From Balanoglossus misakiensis (taxonomy: Eukaryota; Animalia; Hemichordata), in contig CM082587.2 of the NCBI GenBank assembly GCA_040954595.2, positions 526,617 to 590,616 of the forward strand: 64,000 bases of DNA. Direction: 5' to 3'. Below, in pieces: positions 25,050 through 36,600 of the stretch (its first letter is position 1; each line of letters opens with the position of its first letter). Both the position numbers and the translations under genes were made by a program. The notes below the pieces were generated by a model. The model did not search any database and had not been told where the DNA came from. It worked only from the letters and a program-made list of their open reading frames with translations.

Positions 25050-28000
25050 TTACTGTCATTTCTGACAAGGTCTTGAAAACGCCGCTTGTTTCGACGAGCA
25101 CAGAGGGACAGTTGGCAAAATGTTTCGGGGGGAGGGGGGTTGATTCCGTGTTTGAGCGGACAGACACTAATTATACTGTTATTTTCTGACTAGGCTTTGA
25201 AAACTTGTTTCGATGAGCATAGGGGGAAGTTGGCAAAAATGTTTCGGGGGGAAGGGGTTCATGACAATTTCAGAATGAAAAATGGTACTTATAAATTCAA
25301 ATAGAGGCCACAAAACTTACAGGTGTATGCACTCTGGGCACCGTACTCCTCACGGGATCTGAGAAATCAGGTCATTGCAACACCTTAGGTTTTGTTTCTC
25401 GTCTATTTTGCTGTGTATTTGAGATCTGTAGTTTCAAACATTTATGCAAACATCGGGGGGAGGGGGTGATTCTACAGGTTCAAGCGGAGAGACACTAATT
25501 ATACTGTTATTTTCTGACCAGGCTTTGAAAACTTGTTTTGATGAGCCTAAGGGAAAGTTGGCAAAATGTTTCGGGGGGAGGGGGTTTATTCCGTGTTTGA
25601 GCGGAGAAACGATATTTTTACTGTTATTTTCTGACCAGGCTTTGAAAACTTGTTTTGATGAGCCTAAGGGAAAGTTGGCAAAATGTTTCGGGGGGAGGGG
25701 GTTTATTCCGTGTTTGAGCGGAGAAACGATATTTTTACTGTTATTTTCTGACCAGGCTTTGAAAACTTGTTTTGATGAGCCTAAGGGAAAGTTGGCAAAA
25801 TGTTTCGGGGGGAGGGGGTTTATTCCGTGTTTGAGCGGAGAAACGATATTTTTACTGTTATTTTCTGACCAGGCTTTGAAAACTTGTTTTGATGAGCCTA
25901 AGGGAAAGTTGGCAAATGTTTCGGGGGGAGGGGGTTTATTCCGTGTTTGAGCGGAGAGACGATATTTTTACTGTTATTTTCTGACCAGGCTTTGAAAACT
26001 TGTTTTGATGAGCCTAAGGGAAAGTTGGCAAAATGTTTCGGGGGGAGGGGGTTTATTCCGTGTTTGAGCGGAGAAACGATATTTTTACTGTTATTTTCTG
26101 ACCGGGCTTTGATAACTTGTTTTGATGAGCCTAAGGGAAAGTTGGCAAAATGTTTCGGGGGGAGGGGGTTTATTCCGTGTTTAAGCGGAGAGACGATATT
26201 TTTACTGTTATTTTCTGACCAGGCTTTGATAACTTGTTTTGATGAGCCTAAGGGAAAGTTGGCAAAATGTTTCGGGGGGAGGGGGTTTATTCCGTGTTTG
26301 AGCGGAGAGACGATATTTTTACTGTTATTTTCTGACCAGGCTTTGAAAACTTGTTTTGATGAGCCTAAGGGAAAGTTGGAAAATGTTTCGGGGGGAGGGG
26401 GTTTATTCCGTGTTTGAGCGGAGAGACGATATTTTTACTGTTATTTTCTGACCAGGCTTTGAAAACTTGTTTTGATGAGCCTAAGGGAAAGTTGGCAAAA
26501 TGTTTCGGGGGGAGGGGGTTTATTCCGTGTTTGAGCGGAGAAACGATATTTTTACTGTTATTTTCTGACCGGGCTTTGATAACTTGTTTTGATGAGCCTA
26601 AGGGAAAGTTGGCAAAATGTTTCGGGGGGAGGGGGTTTATTCCGTGTTTAAGCGGAGAGACGATATTTTTACTGTTATTTTCTGACCAGGCTTTGATAAC
26701 TTGTTTTGATGAGCCTAAGGGAAAGTTGGCAAAATGTTTCGGGGGGAGGGGGTTTATTCCGTGTTTGAGCGGAGAAACGATATTTTTACTGTTATTTTCT
26801 GACCGGGCTTTGATAACTTGTTTTGATGAGCCTAAGGGAAAGTTGGCAAAATGTTTCGGGGGGAGGGGGTTTATTCCGTGTTTAAGCGGAGAGACACTAA
26901 TTATACTGTTATTTTCTGACCAGGCTTTGAAAACTTGTTTTGATGAGCCTAAGGGAAAGTTGGCAAAATGTTTCGGGGGGGGGGTCATGACAATTCAAAA
27001 ACAGGCAACAAAACTTGCAGGTGTATGCGCTCTGGGCACCGTACTCCTCACGGGATCTGAGAAATCAGGTCAATGCAGCACCTTAGGTTTTGTTTCTCAT
27101 TCATTTTACTGTTTATTTGAGATCTGTAGTTTCAAACATTTATGTGAACATCGGGGGAGGGGGTGATTCTACAGGTTCGAGTGAACAGACACTAATTATA
27201 CTGTTATTTTCTGACCAGGCTTTGAAAACTTGTTTTGATGAGCCTAAGGGAAAGTTGGCAAAATGTTTCGGGGGGAGGGGGTTTATTCCGTGTTTGAGCG
27301 GAGAAACGATATTTTTACTGTTATTTTCTGACCGGGCTTTGATAACTTGTTTTGATGAGCCTAAGGGAAAGTTGGCAAAATGTTTCGGGGGGAGGGGGTT
27401 TATTCCGTGTTTAAGCGGAGAGACGATATTTTTACTGTTATTTTCTGACCAGGCTTTGATAACTTGTTTTGATGAGCCTAAGGGAAAGTTGGCAAAATGT
27501 TTCGGGGGGAGGGGGTTTATTCCGTGTTTGAGCGGAGAGACGATATTTTTACTGTTATTTTCTGACCAGGCTTTGAAAACTTGTTTTGATGAGCCTAAGG
27601 GAAAGTTGGAAAATGTTTCGGGGGGAGGGGGTTTATTCCGTGTTTAAGCGGAGAGACGATATTTTTACTGTTATTTTCTGACCAGGCTTTGAAAACTTGT
27701 TTTGATGAGCCTAAGGGAAAGTTGGCAAAATGTTTCGGGGGGAGGGGGTTTATTCCGTGTTTGAGCGGAGAAACGATATTTTTACTGTTATTTTCTGACC
27801 GGGCTTTGATAACTTGTTTTGATGAGCCTAAGGGAAAGTTGGCAAAATGTTTCGGGGGGAGGGGGTTTATTCCGTGTTTAAGCGGAGAGACGATATTTTT
27901 ACTGTTATTTTCTGACCGGGCTTTGAAAACTTGTTTTGATGAGCCTAAGGGAAAGTTGGCAAAATGTTTCGGGGGGGGGGGGGGGTCATGACAATTCAAA

Positions 28001-28440
28001 AACAGGCAACAAAACTTGCAGGTGTATGCGCTCTGGGCACCGTACTCCTCACGGGATCTGAGAAATCAGGTCAATGCAGCACCTTAGGTTTTGTTTCTCA
28101 TTCATTTTACTGTTTATTTGAGATCTGTAGTTTCAAACATTTATGTGAACATCGGGGGAGGGGGTGATTCTACAGGTTCGAGTGAACAGACACTAATTAT
28201 ACTGTTATTTTCTGACCAGGCTTTGAAAACTTGTTTTGATGAGCCTAAGGGAAAGTTGGCAAAATGTTTAGGGGGGGGGGGGTTCATTACAATTTTTGAA
28301 TGGAAAAATGGTTCTTGTAAATTCAAAAAGAGGCCACAAAACTTACAGGTGTATGCACTCTGGGCACCGTACTTCTCACGGGATCTGAGAAATCAGGTCA
28401 ATGCAGCACCTTAGGTTTTGTTTCTCATTCATTTTGTATT
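25050..28440. repeat. 117-bp tandem satellite (~23 units in arrays of 2, 13, 7 and 1) separated by a repeated ~200-bp spacer
   Basis: Unit ctgttattttctgaccaggctttgaaaacttgttttgatgagcctaagggaaagttggcaaaatgtttcggggggagggggtttattccgtg... recurs at 25504, 25621, 25738 etc. Spacer core ctctgggcaccgtactcctcacgggatctgagaaatcaggtca recurs near 24640, 25330, 27030, 28030 and 28360. Confidence 0.97.
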
Positions 28441-28615
28441 TGAGAACTTCATAGTGTTTATTTTGGCAGTCATCGACCGATCAGGTCTCTAAATACAATG
28501 TGATATGGCATAGGACTTTCGAAAGTTCAAGGTGTTTATCTAAACAGCTTCAAACATTTATGCGAACATTTGGGGAAGGGTGAAATAAATTTATACTTTG
28601 TTCGTGGTACTCCTA

Positions 28616-28681
28616 AGCAAGGGGTAGTTGACAGCGCCCTCACACGTCAGCAAGGCGTAGTTGACAGCGCCCTCGCACGTC
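28616..28681. repeat. 33-bp tandem duplication
   Basis: agcaaggggtagttgacagcgccctcacacgtc / agcaaggcgtagttgacagcgccctcgcacgtc, 2 mismatches. Confidence 0.9.
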
Positions 28682-30234
28682 AGACTGCAGTAACTGCTGA
28701 GCTGAGGTACTTTCGTTTCGGGGTCAGGGGTCAAGCATCATTGATGGAAATGTTAAAATGGTTAATGTGCTTGGGAATGGAGTTGGCTGGGAATGCAGGG
28801 ACTGGTTCTGTTTTAATATGGGGTCAGACCGTCCTTGGCTTTCGCCAGAGTGTTTCTAAATATGGTTTAGATTAACACACACACAAAAAAAACTTGATAT
28901 ATTTTTTTTAATCAATACAAATGATCGTCAATCTACATAAGGTTTCTAGGTTATTCTATACTAGAAATGCTGTTCACAGCAAAGCACGTGATCGCAACAC
29001 ATCAATTGGAACCACTGTAGTAGCTTGCAAAAAACAGTCATATGGCAAGCGCATTCATCATGAACATCAAAATCACTTGTAATTTTGAGATATGTTGTTA
29101 CACTATGTTATGCTGGTAACATTGGAGTAGGCCTCGGTATTAACACTTTACTTATAAGGGTGACATTTTACTACATAAAGTGATGAAAAATGAAACGAAT
29201 ATATTTTAATACATATACAAGCTGCAAATCATAGACCTGAGTATAAACGAACTTCATAACGAAAAGGACTCTTTTTATTCATGTTGAACACACTGTAAAG
29301 AATCAAATAGTTTTTGACAAATTTTGTAGTGCGCCACCAACTTAATCGTGCGGGAAGTTATGATTTTTATCAAATTAATGGCAATTTTATTGATCAATGT
29401 CAGGGCAACTTGAATCTGAGTTGAAATGATTTTGTGTTCGTTTCCTTGTGCTATAATAAATTCAAAACTATAGTAAGCTTCAATATTGTTATCAGGAGAG
29501 TGGTGTATCATTCAATTTGCATATTGAAGTTTTACAGGTGGTGATGAAAGGTGCGTGCATAAATTAATGCGATGGGTTTTGCTTGATGGTCGGTGTGCGC
29601 ATACTGTAACTATACAGGAATTGTTTTGAAAACAAAAGTCGGTAGTACACATTGTTCACCATTATCATTGTGAAACGATTTTGTTACAGTAAATTATATT
29701 CGACTATTTTCATTGCGATTTTTGTCAAAACGTTTTGAGAGACGGCACCATTGTTATTGTTGTTTATTGTAACTGGAGTGATGAACGTTGTAAGAAAGCG
29801 AGAAAAACACACAATGTAAACCAAAATGCCGTGAGAAAAATATTGCACTGCAAAAAATTTAAGTACATGTACATGATTAAATTTACTTGAGCGTTAACTA
29901 GAAAACGTAAAATTGCACTTTTCCGAACGATTAAAGACAATATTTGAGAAATTTTCTCTTATAGACTCTCATAGACAATAATAATGTCTATGATTCTCTG
30001 TTCGCTGTACTGCTTGGAGAAGCAAAAGTTAAACTCGATAAAGTTTTGTAAAACTCGAGCTAGCTCCGGGCGAGCGTTCTCTCCAAATCGTCACGTGACT
30101 TTTCAAGTTTTGTGTCCGAGTCGTCCATTGGTGGTGTGTTGTCACAAAGTGACGGATTGGACACATGGCAATTCCTGGACTTGTGTTGACGTCACGCCGG
30201 ACAACATTGTCTCGTCACACACACAAAAAATGGT

Positions 30235-30602
30235 CTAATATTGCGGTTGGTCCAGCCAGGATGGACTGTGGGGGAATTCAGCGTAGCCTGGATGCGGTGC
30301 GCCGTTGGGAATGTCAGACCCGGCCACCACACGCATTGCTTCCCCGACACCCTGACTGCTGGTGCTAATCATTCCCGGCATGCCCGGCGCGTCAGTGTAC
30401 ACCATAGGTGGTCCAATTCTTGGGGGATTGCTACTAGAGATGTTCGGTGAATGGGACATAGGGTAAGCGTCCTCGCTTTGCATATAACGGTTTTCAACGT
30501 AATTGCCACCGTTGTGCAAGTGAGACAGAGGCGAGGGTTCCTGCTCAAGACCGCTATCGTATAATGTGGAATTATTGTTATTTGATGTGATGGTCATTTC
30601 AT
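30235..30602 (-). CDS. LHX3: Lhx3/4 terminal exon
   Basis: ccttgcag acceptor, phase 1; DEMTITS...[12 protein letters not shown], resembling the Lhx3/4 C-terminal SWLD motif. Confidence 0.9.
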
Positions 30603-33600
30603 CTGCAAGGAAAAAGACCAAAAAAAACAACATAAATGTGGTTTTCAGAACAGTTGAATTAGTAACACACGTAAACTTAAATTTAAACTTGGAACTAAAA
30701 TTGACGCGTCGGGTTTCCATGCAAATATGGTTTCGAAACCGTGTCAATCATCATGTTGTTATTGTATCGATCTTGAAAAGAGCAAAGAACCGAGAAATGG
30801 ACGAGTTATGGGTCCCCTGTCATAAAAATCGTTCTACATTCAACCAACTCAGTCACTTTTGGGCCCACAGTACCTTCATCTAGTAAGTTGTACTGTGGAT
30901 GAGGGGTGATGTGTACTGAGCATGTCTGTCATTTAAATGTGATGCCGTTTGTTTTCACGGCGCACGGCCGACTGCATTAGCGCACCTTCTATATACCCCA
31001 TCCCCCAAGTGTCCATTCACCAAAATCACAATTAAGCGTTAAACATTCATGTCGCGTCTTTGAAATTTCCTTTCATCGGAAAGAAACCCCCGACGATGTA
31101 AAAATCTTGGACGAGTTTGAGAGCCTTCTTTTAATATGTCGAAGTTCTCCAGCGTTCAAAGAATTGAGAGCGCTTTTCTGATTAAACGTAAAACAACGTT
31201 GATAAGCCAAACTGACTGCATACTGGCATCGATCAAAAACGCCGGGTTTACCTCAGTAGGCGTGATGGGGATATTGTAATTTTGTTTTACAATATTAAGG
31301 AAGACGAGTCGGAGTCAACTCGGTTATAAACGACGCGTAAAATAAAGATAAGAAATTTAAAGAGGAGCAGTAAACGCGTGATTAGAGATGAATTCAACAA
31401 CCGGGGAGAGAAATATTGCAACGGCGAGGTCAAACTTAGGGTCAGTTAATCTTGTAGCTAAATCTCCACCTAGCGACGATAGTAATTTCCTAGAACCCAC
31501 CCACCGCTCCAAACGAATAGTTAAATTTGAAAAGAGAGAGAGAGAGAGAGAAAAAAATTAAACCGGTGTCGGATCCGAACAAATGTGGCATTCTTACAAA
31601 GACCAATTTAATACAGTGCCCAGGGAGAATGGAATTTGCGTCCCCGAGTTCAAATCGGATAAACGCCGACTTACACTGATAAGAAGCGAGACGTTGGCCA
31701 TTCACTCTGTTTCAGTTATGCTGCCGATAAAATGAAATTATGCGGAATTTCTTGTGTAATTGATATGAATGAAATGACGGGATTATCCTGGTTGCATTCA
31801 AACCTACACCATAGTAGGATTACTTACAGATTAGCCAATTCATAAAATTTTAATACCGGAGGTTTTCTATCCCCTACGCTTCTCTTTTAAATCTAGGAAC
31901 TCAATTTTTTCCTGTGTGTGTTTACCAAAAAAAGAAAAAGGAAGTTTTAGGCTAATTTTCTGATGTATTTCGTCAAATGCGATTTGCCGACCGCATTCTA
32001 TGTATACTCATCCCGAGGTAAAGACGGCGAGTAGGCACTCAAACAAGAAGGTTTGTGAATACCGTGCGACTTTATTCCAGCGAGTCATTTCAATTGTGAC
32101 ACGACAGTTTCTCATATTTAGGTCGTTCGGTGGATTTTGCGGTCGATATAACTTGAAAGTGTCGGTGGGATTTTTCGGTGATTTGATTCGTCCTTGGTTC
32201 CGTCAGACACGGAGGTCTTGAGACATGGCACGACTTTACGCGCACATCTGTGTGTGAACGAATTGTCTGGATATGCACTTTCAAACTGACATGTTTTAAA
32301 AAATGAAATACATGAATATCAGAACGATGGATAATGGCAGACACACCTTCATATCCATCTTTGTCAATACTGTGCGGCGAAATACTTTCACCTGGTGGAC
32401 TGCTTGAATCACGTGACCTTTTGACACCACGGAAATACTGGCTCCATCTTTGGCGATTGGCGTCTTTCTTGAGGCGTTTTTCCTTCGCTCGGCGGTTTTG
32501 AAACCAGACCTGTCAGATAAATCGGAGGATGATGCATTTAGAACTGAAACCAGTCACGTTGATGACCCACTCAAATTTAAATTAAATATGTGCCTCCTCC
32601 AACTTGACAGTGTTGATTGTGAAGTGATTTAGCATCATAGTGTTTCATCACAACGAATCTTTCCTAATCGAGTTTCGTTCTCTTGGGGAGAGGAAGAAAA
32701 AGATCTTGACAAAGATTGCATTGATTTTCACAACTACCACTCCATAGGACCAAAACCCTGACTTGCGGCACTTTGCCTTCGCCAACCGCCTTGAAATACA
32801 AATGTGCTTGTCGGGCAATCGGTATTGACTCTCTATACTTTCGTGGTGTGCGAAAAGATGTTTGCTGATGAAGGAATAATTTTATCAACGACTAACCTGT
32901 ACAACTCTCATATCTAAACCTGTCTCATTTGACAGCTGTTCTCTGACGTGTCTGGCTGGCTTTGGACTGTTGGTGTAGGCCGTTTTTAAAGTTTCTAACT
33001 GTTTGGCGCTAATCGTCGTTCTGGGCCGTTTGTTGGAGGCGTCCATTTCTATATCTGAAATAAATAACAACATACACTGGTTTGTAGATATCAAAAATGG
33101 TTGGATGTAAATTAATTTCTCTTTAGACTTCCAGAATTTAGGCCTAAGACTGGTCTTCACGAAGTCAATTTAGCGATCGACAAGTTCACGAATGCCGGTT
33201 GTTGTCATTCTTTGGGCAGACGACCGACTGTTGGAGGGTGACGCTATACTGGAAAGTCAGGTCCCCTTTTTCAGAATTTTAGCAACGGGAAGAGAAAAAT
33301 AGACCCGCCTACCACTGGAGTCCTGATGTGGCGTTGTCGAGTCCGAGGACGAGGCTATGTCGTCAGACTTACCCCTTGCTTTGGCCGCTTCGTAGTCGTT
33401 TTTGCAGACAAGTTTATTGTCGTTCATGAGGTAGAATTCATCGCCGGTTGCAAGTTGTCTGTTGCACATAACACAAGCAAAGCACTGAAGATGATAAACA
33501 TTGTCTTGCGCACGTCGAACGACTTGCGTTGGGGGTATTCCTTGCTCACACGCTGAACACTTTGTACCGAAACGCCTGTAAAGCAATTCAAAGAATGGTC

Positions 33601-36600
33601 AACATGACAGCGTCGATGATATTGCAATGGAACGTTTTCTCACCAGATTTTCTGCTGCCACAGAAAAACGAAAGAAACAGAAGCTCTCGATTACGTGATG
33701 ATTGGCTCATGTATTTCTGTTTTTCGTGGCAAAGAATTTATTTATACTTCGAAACCAGTTGATATCCAAAATTGCTAGTAATTCCTGAATCCTAGACATA
33801 ATCCTTCAGGGCTTTTCTTATTGGGACCAAAAATCGTGTGTAGAGAGAGACAGAGGCAGAGATGAAAACAAGGAAACACGATTTCGTGAATATAATATCA
33901 AATTACAATACACTGTATGTATGCTTCATATTTTCCATAATGTTAGAGGGAGCGATAATGGACCGTTAAAATTAAAAATTTACCGTGACTGCAAACATCT
34001 AGCAAATCCTTTGCCCTTAGAATATGCTGTATATCCGCGAGTAAATCCTCCGGACTTTTGGAGATTATGTCAAATGTAGAGATAGCAAGCCAAACGGCTT
34101 TGGTTAATGTTCCTTGCAAAAGAGCCCCAGGGGTCTGCCTTGGAAGGACTGGCGTTTCGGATCACATGATGAGTTATTGCAACGGTTCAGGATATGTTGA
34201 CTGGATTTATCCACGATTTAGAGTAAGGGATCCGACTCCGCATACGATCAGAGCAATTTAACGGATGTAAAATTGTTAAACTGAGCGGAGTGTCGCAATT
34301 TACAGTAATCCGAAAATGTCCGTTTTCTCATTAGAACTGATGGACAAAGTCTTCGTTGAGAAGTGAGATCAGTAGGCTAAGACATCCGTCTAATTCTCTG
34401 AAAAGATACAACGTCCTTTTCTACGCATTCTTACATGAAGTAACTCGTGGTAAACGGTCATACGATTCCTTATCACTTTTTGTGCGAGGTATGTGTACAT
34501 ATGTAAGCACACATAGCTACACAAAAACAAATGATGTTAGATGTACATGTCTAATATAGCCTCTCGGTGATTACTGCAAAGCCGGTCGTGATACACAGTC
34601 GACATTCCTGACTGACCCCGTGGATTACAGCGGATAGATTAAGGCAAATCGGAACAAATAATACCGTATTAGGAGGAGATTTTAGGGGCAATTATCCCCC
34701 GGTTTGGGGATATGGGGGATGGGGAGTAGACATGAGAGCTATGAAAGGGAATCTGGATTTGTATCTGGTTACATGGGTCAAGTATTGAATTTTGAGTTTA
34801 AGTGAGACGGAATTTCATGATGTAAGCCTGGCACTTGATGTGTACCTAACTAAATTTAATCATCTATGATCGATTGTCTTTATTCGAACGCTCTGTCTTA
34901 CCCTGGGACTGATTTCTAAGACGCCGATATAATAACACGTATTCACGGCCCTAAGTTTACCAATAACGGGTGAAATTGGGCTAAACGAACTACTGCACTC
35001 TCGTTCTGTTCCACAATATTTATGCATCACCCGATCATCAGCTATAATTGTTATATATTTATTTCCAAAACTATATCAAGCACGAATTTTTGCATTCTGT
35101 TATTTTTTATGTTTCGCCATCTCTGAAAATACTTATCTCTATGGAAACGAGAGTTCTCTTTCAGTTGCTAACAGTTCTATCGGGTGCTTTACTTTCGTGT
35201 TCTCTTCTTTTGATATCTTTGTATTAATCGGTAAATACATCGGTTGTCACCCATTTCTGGTGTATCTTGCGACTTTTGCAGTGCGGTGGATATTCTCATC
35301 GACGATATCCTCGTACACACGTTGATGCGTTTGGAACTTCTCTCCTCGTCTCTCTTGTGTCATAATTCTAAACTCTTTGACAACGCGAACAAACAGCAGT
35401 TAATTTCATCAAGCGTGTCACCCACTCCATCAGTTAATTTTTGTTCCTCATAAAAATTGATAACTGACGACAATGAGTCGGGATGAAGGCAAAGAAAAGG
35501 AGGAAGGCTTGAAATCTCGAGCTATGCCTACACCCAGGAGGGTTGCCGAAAGCCTTCAAACATTGACAGCACGGCGCATGTCAATGAAATAACACTGCAG
35601 CAATGAGTTGGTTCAGGGTATAGTTTCAACTCTCCATTTTTGGAGATTAATTGTAAACAGTTGCTGCCATCAGCGCCTACTTTAATTGATTGGTCGTCGC
35701 AGTCAGGCTATTTGTTGTTCGCTGAAAACAAAATTAATCCAGGTGCTCGCTATGTCCCGTACTAATTAATCCCAGGCAAAGTCTATTCAATGGTTCAATG
35801 CCGACCGCTAGTTCGTTACGATTAAAACGGGTTCAGTGCTAATTGGACGATTTAATATAGTTCACAAATACAAAGATGTCCCGTGTAAATTTTAACAGCG
35901 CTCTTACAAACTTTAGTACACACTTTGATAAATATTCGTTTGTGGGCTAGGAATAACTCATCGCCTTTCGTTGTGCGATGGGCAACTATTTCAACTTTTT
36001 TCTCAAAATTTGGAATCGTTTGTTCTGTAATGTCAAGACTCTGTCTTTCTCAAGGCAAGAATTGTGCTGCAGTCATAGCAGCCGACTTTGTTGTATGATG
36101 TTCAATATGACTTGGAGCCAAAAGACCTCGTGTTAGTCATTCAAAAGGAAATCGCCATGGTAACAGTTATCTTATTGTGTATGACAGCTAACTTGCATTA
36201 CGTTTTTCAAGATAAAGCCTTTTCACTAAACCTTTTAAGCTTTTTTTCTTGACAACGAATTCCATGTTGACAGAATAAGATGTAGTCACATCAAATATAC
36301 AAATGCAATCCTTTTCAGTTTTTCTGTGAAAGTATGCAACGATCATCCCAAAATGTGGCGAGCGATTCTGGCAGTGTGAAACGGTTCAACTATATCGGAC
36401 GTTTTTGTATTGTCCAAAATACGTGCGATTATTATTTGAAATTATACTGTGTAAATGTGTATTATATATTTTATTGTTTTGTATTGCAATGCATTGTATT
36501 GCATTGTTACTATTGTATTACATTATATATATATTAATGTATAGCTGGGTTATATGACTGTGGCAAGTTTCGATTCATCAGATCTCCATGGAAACTAAAA

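Larger units (their letters stand above)
24306..28873 (+). mobile_element. Non-autonomous Helentron-associated (HINE/DINE-1/pearl-like) element with internal tandem repeats
   Basis: Subterminal inverted repeat atgctctggcga (24310-24321) / tcgccagagtgt (28842-28853); 5' hairpin gatgga...tccatc; 3' stem-loop tctaaa-tatgg-tttaga (28855-28871); T-rich flanks, no TSD, central satellite. Confidence 0.6.

Noticed and set aside
25444-28414. Long ORFs (100-250 aa) with a 39-aa repeat on both strands
   Set aside because: By-product of a 117-bp unit (a multiple of 3) without stops; single-base indels shift the frame freely, and there is no splice or domain support
25050-28440. CRISPR-like repeat/spacer array
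   Set aside because: Units are contiguous and the spacers are copies of each other rather than unique; no cas genes; eukaryotic context
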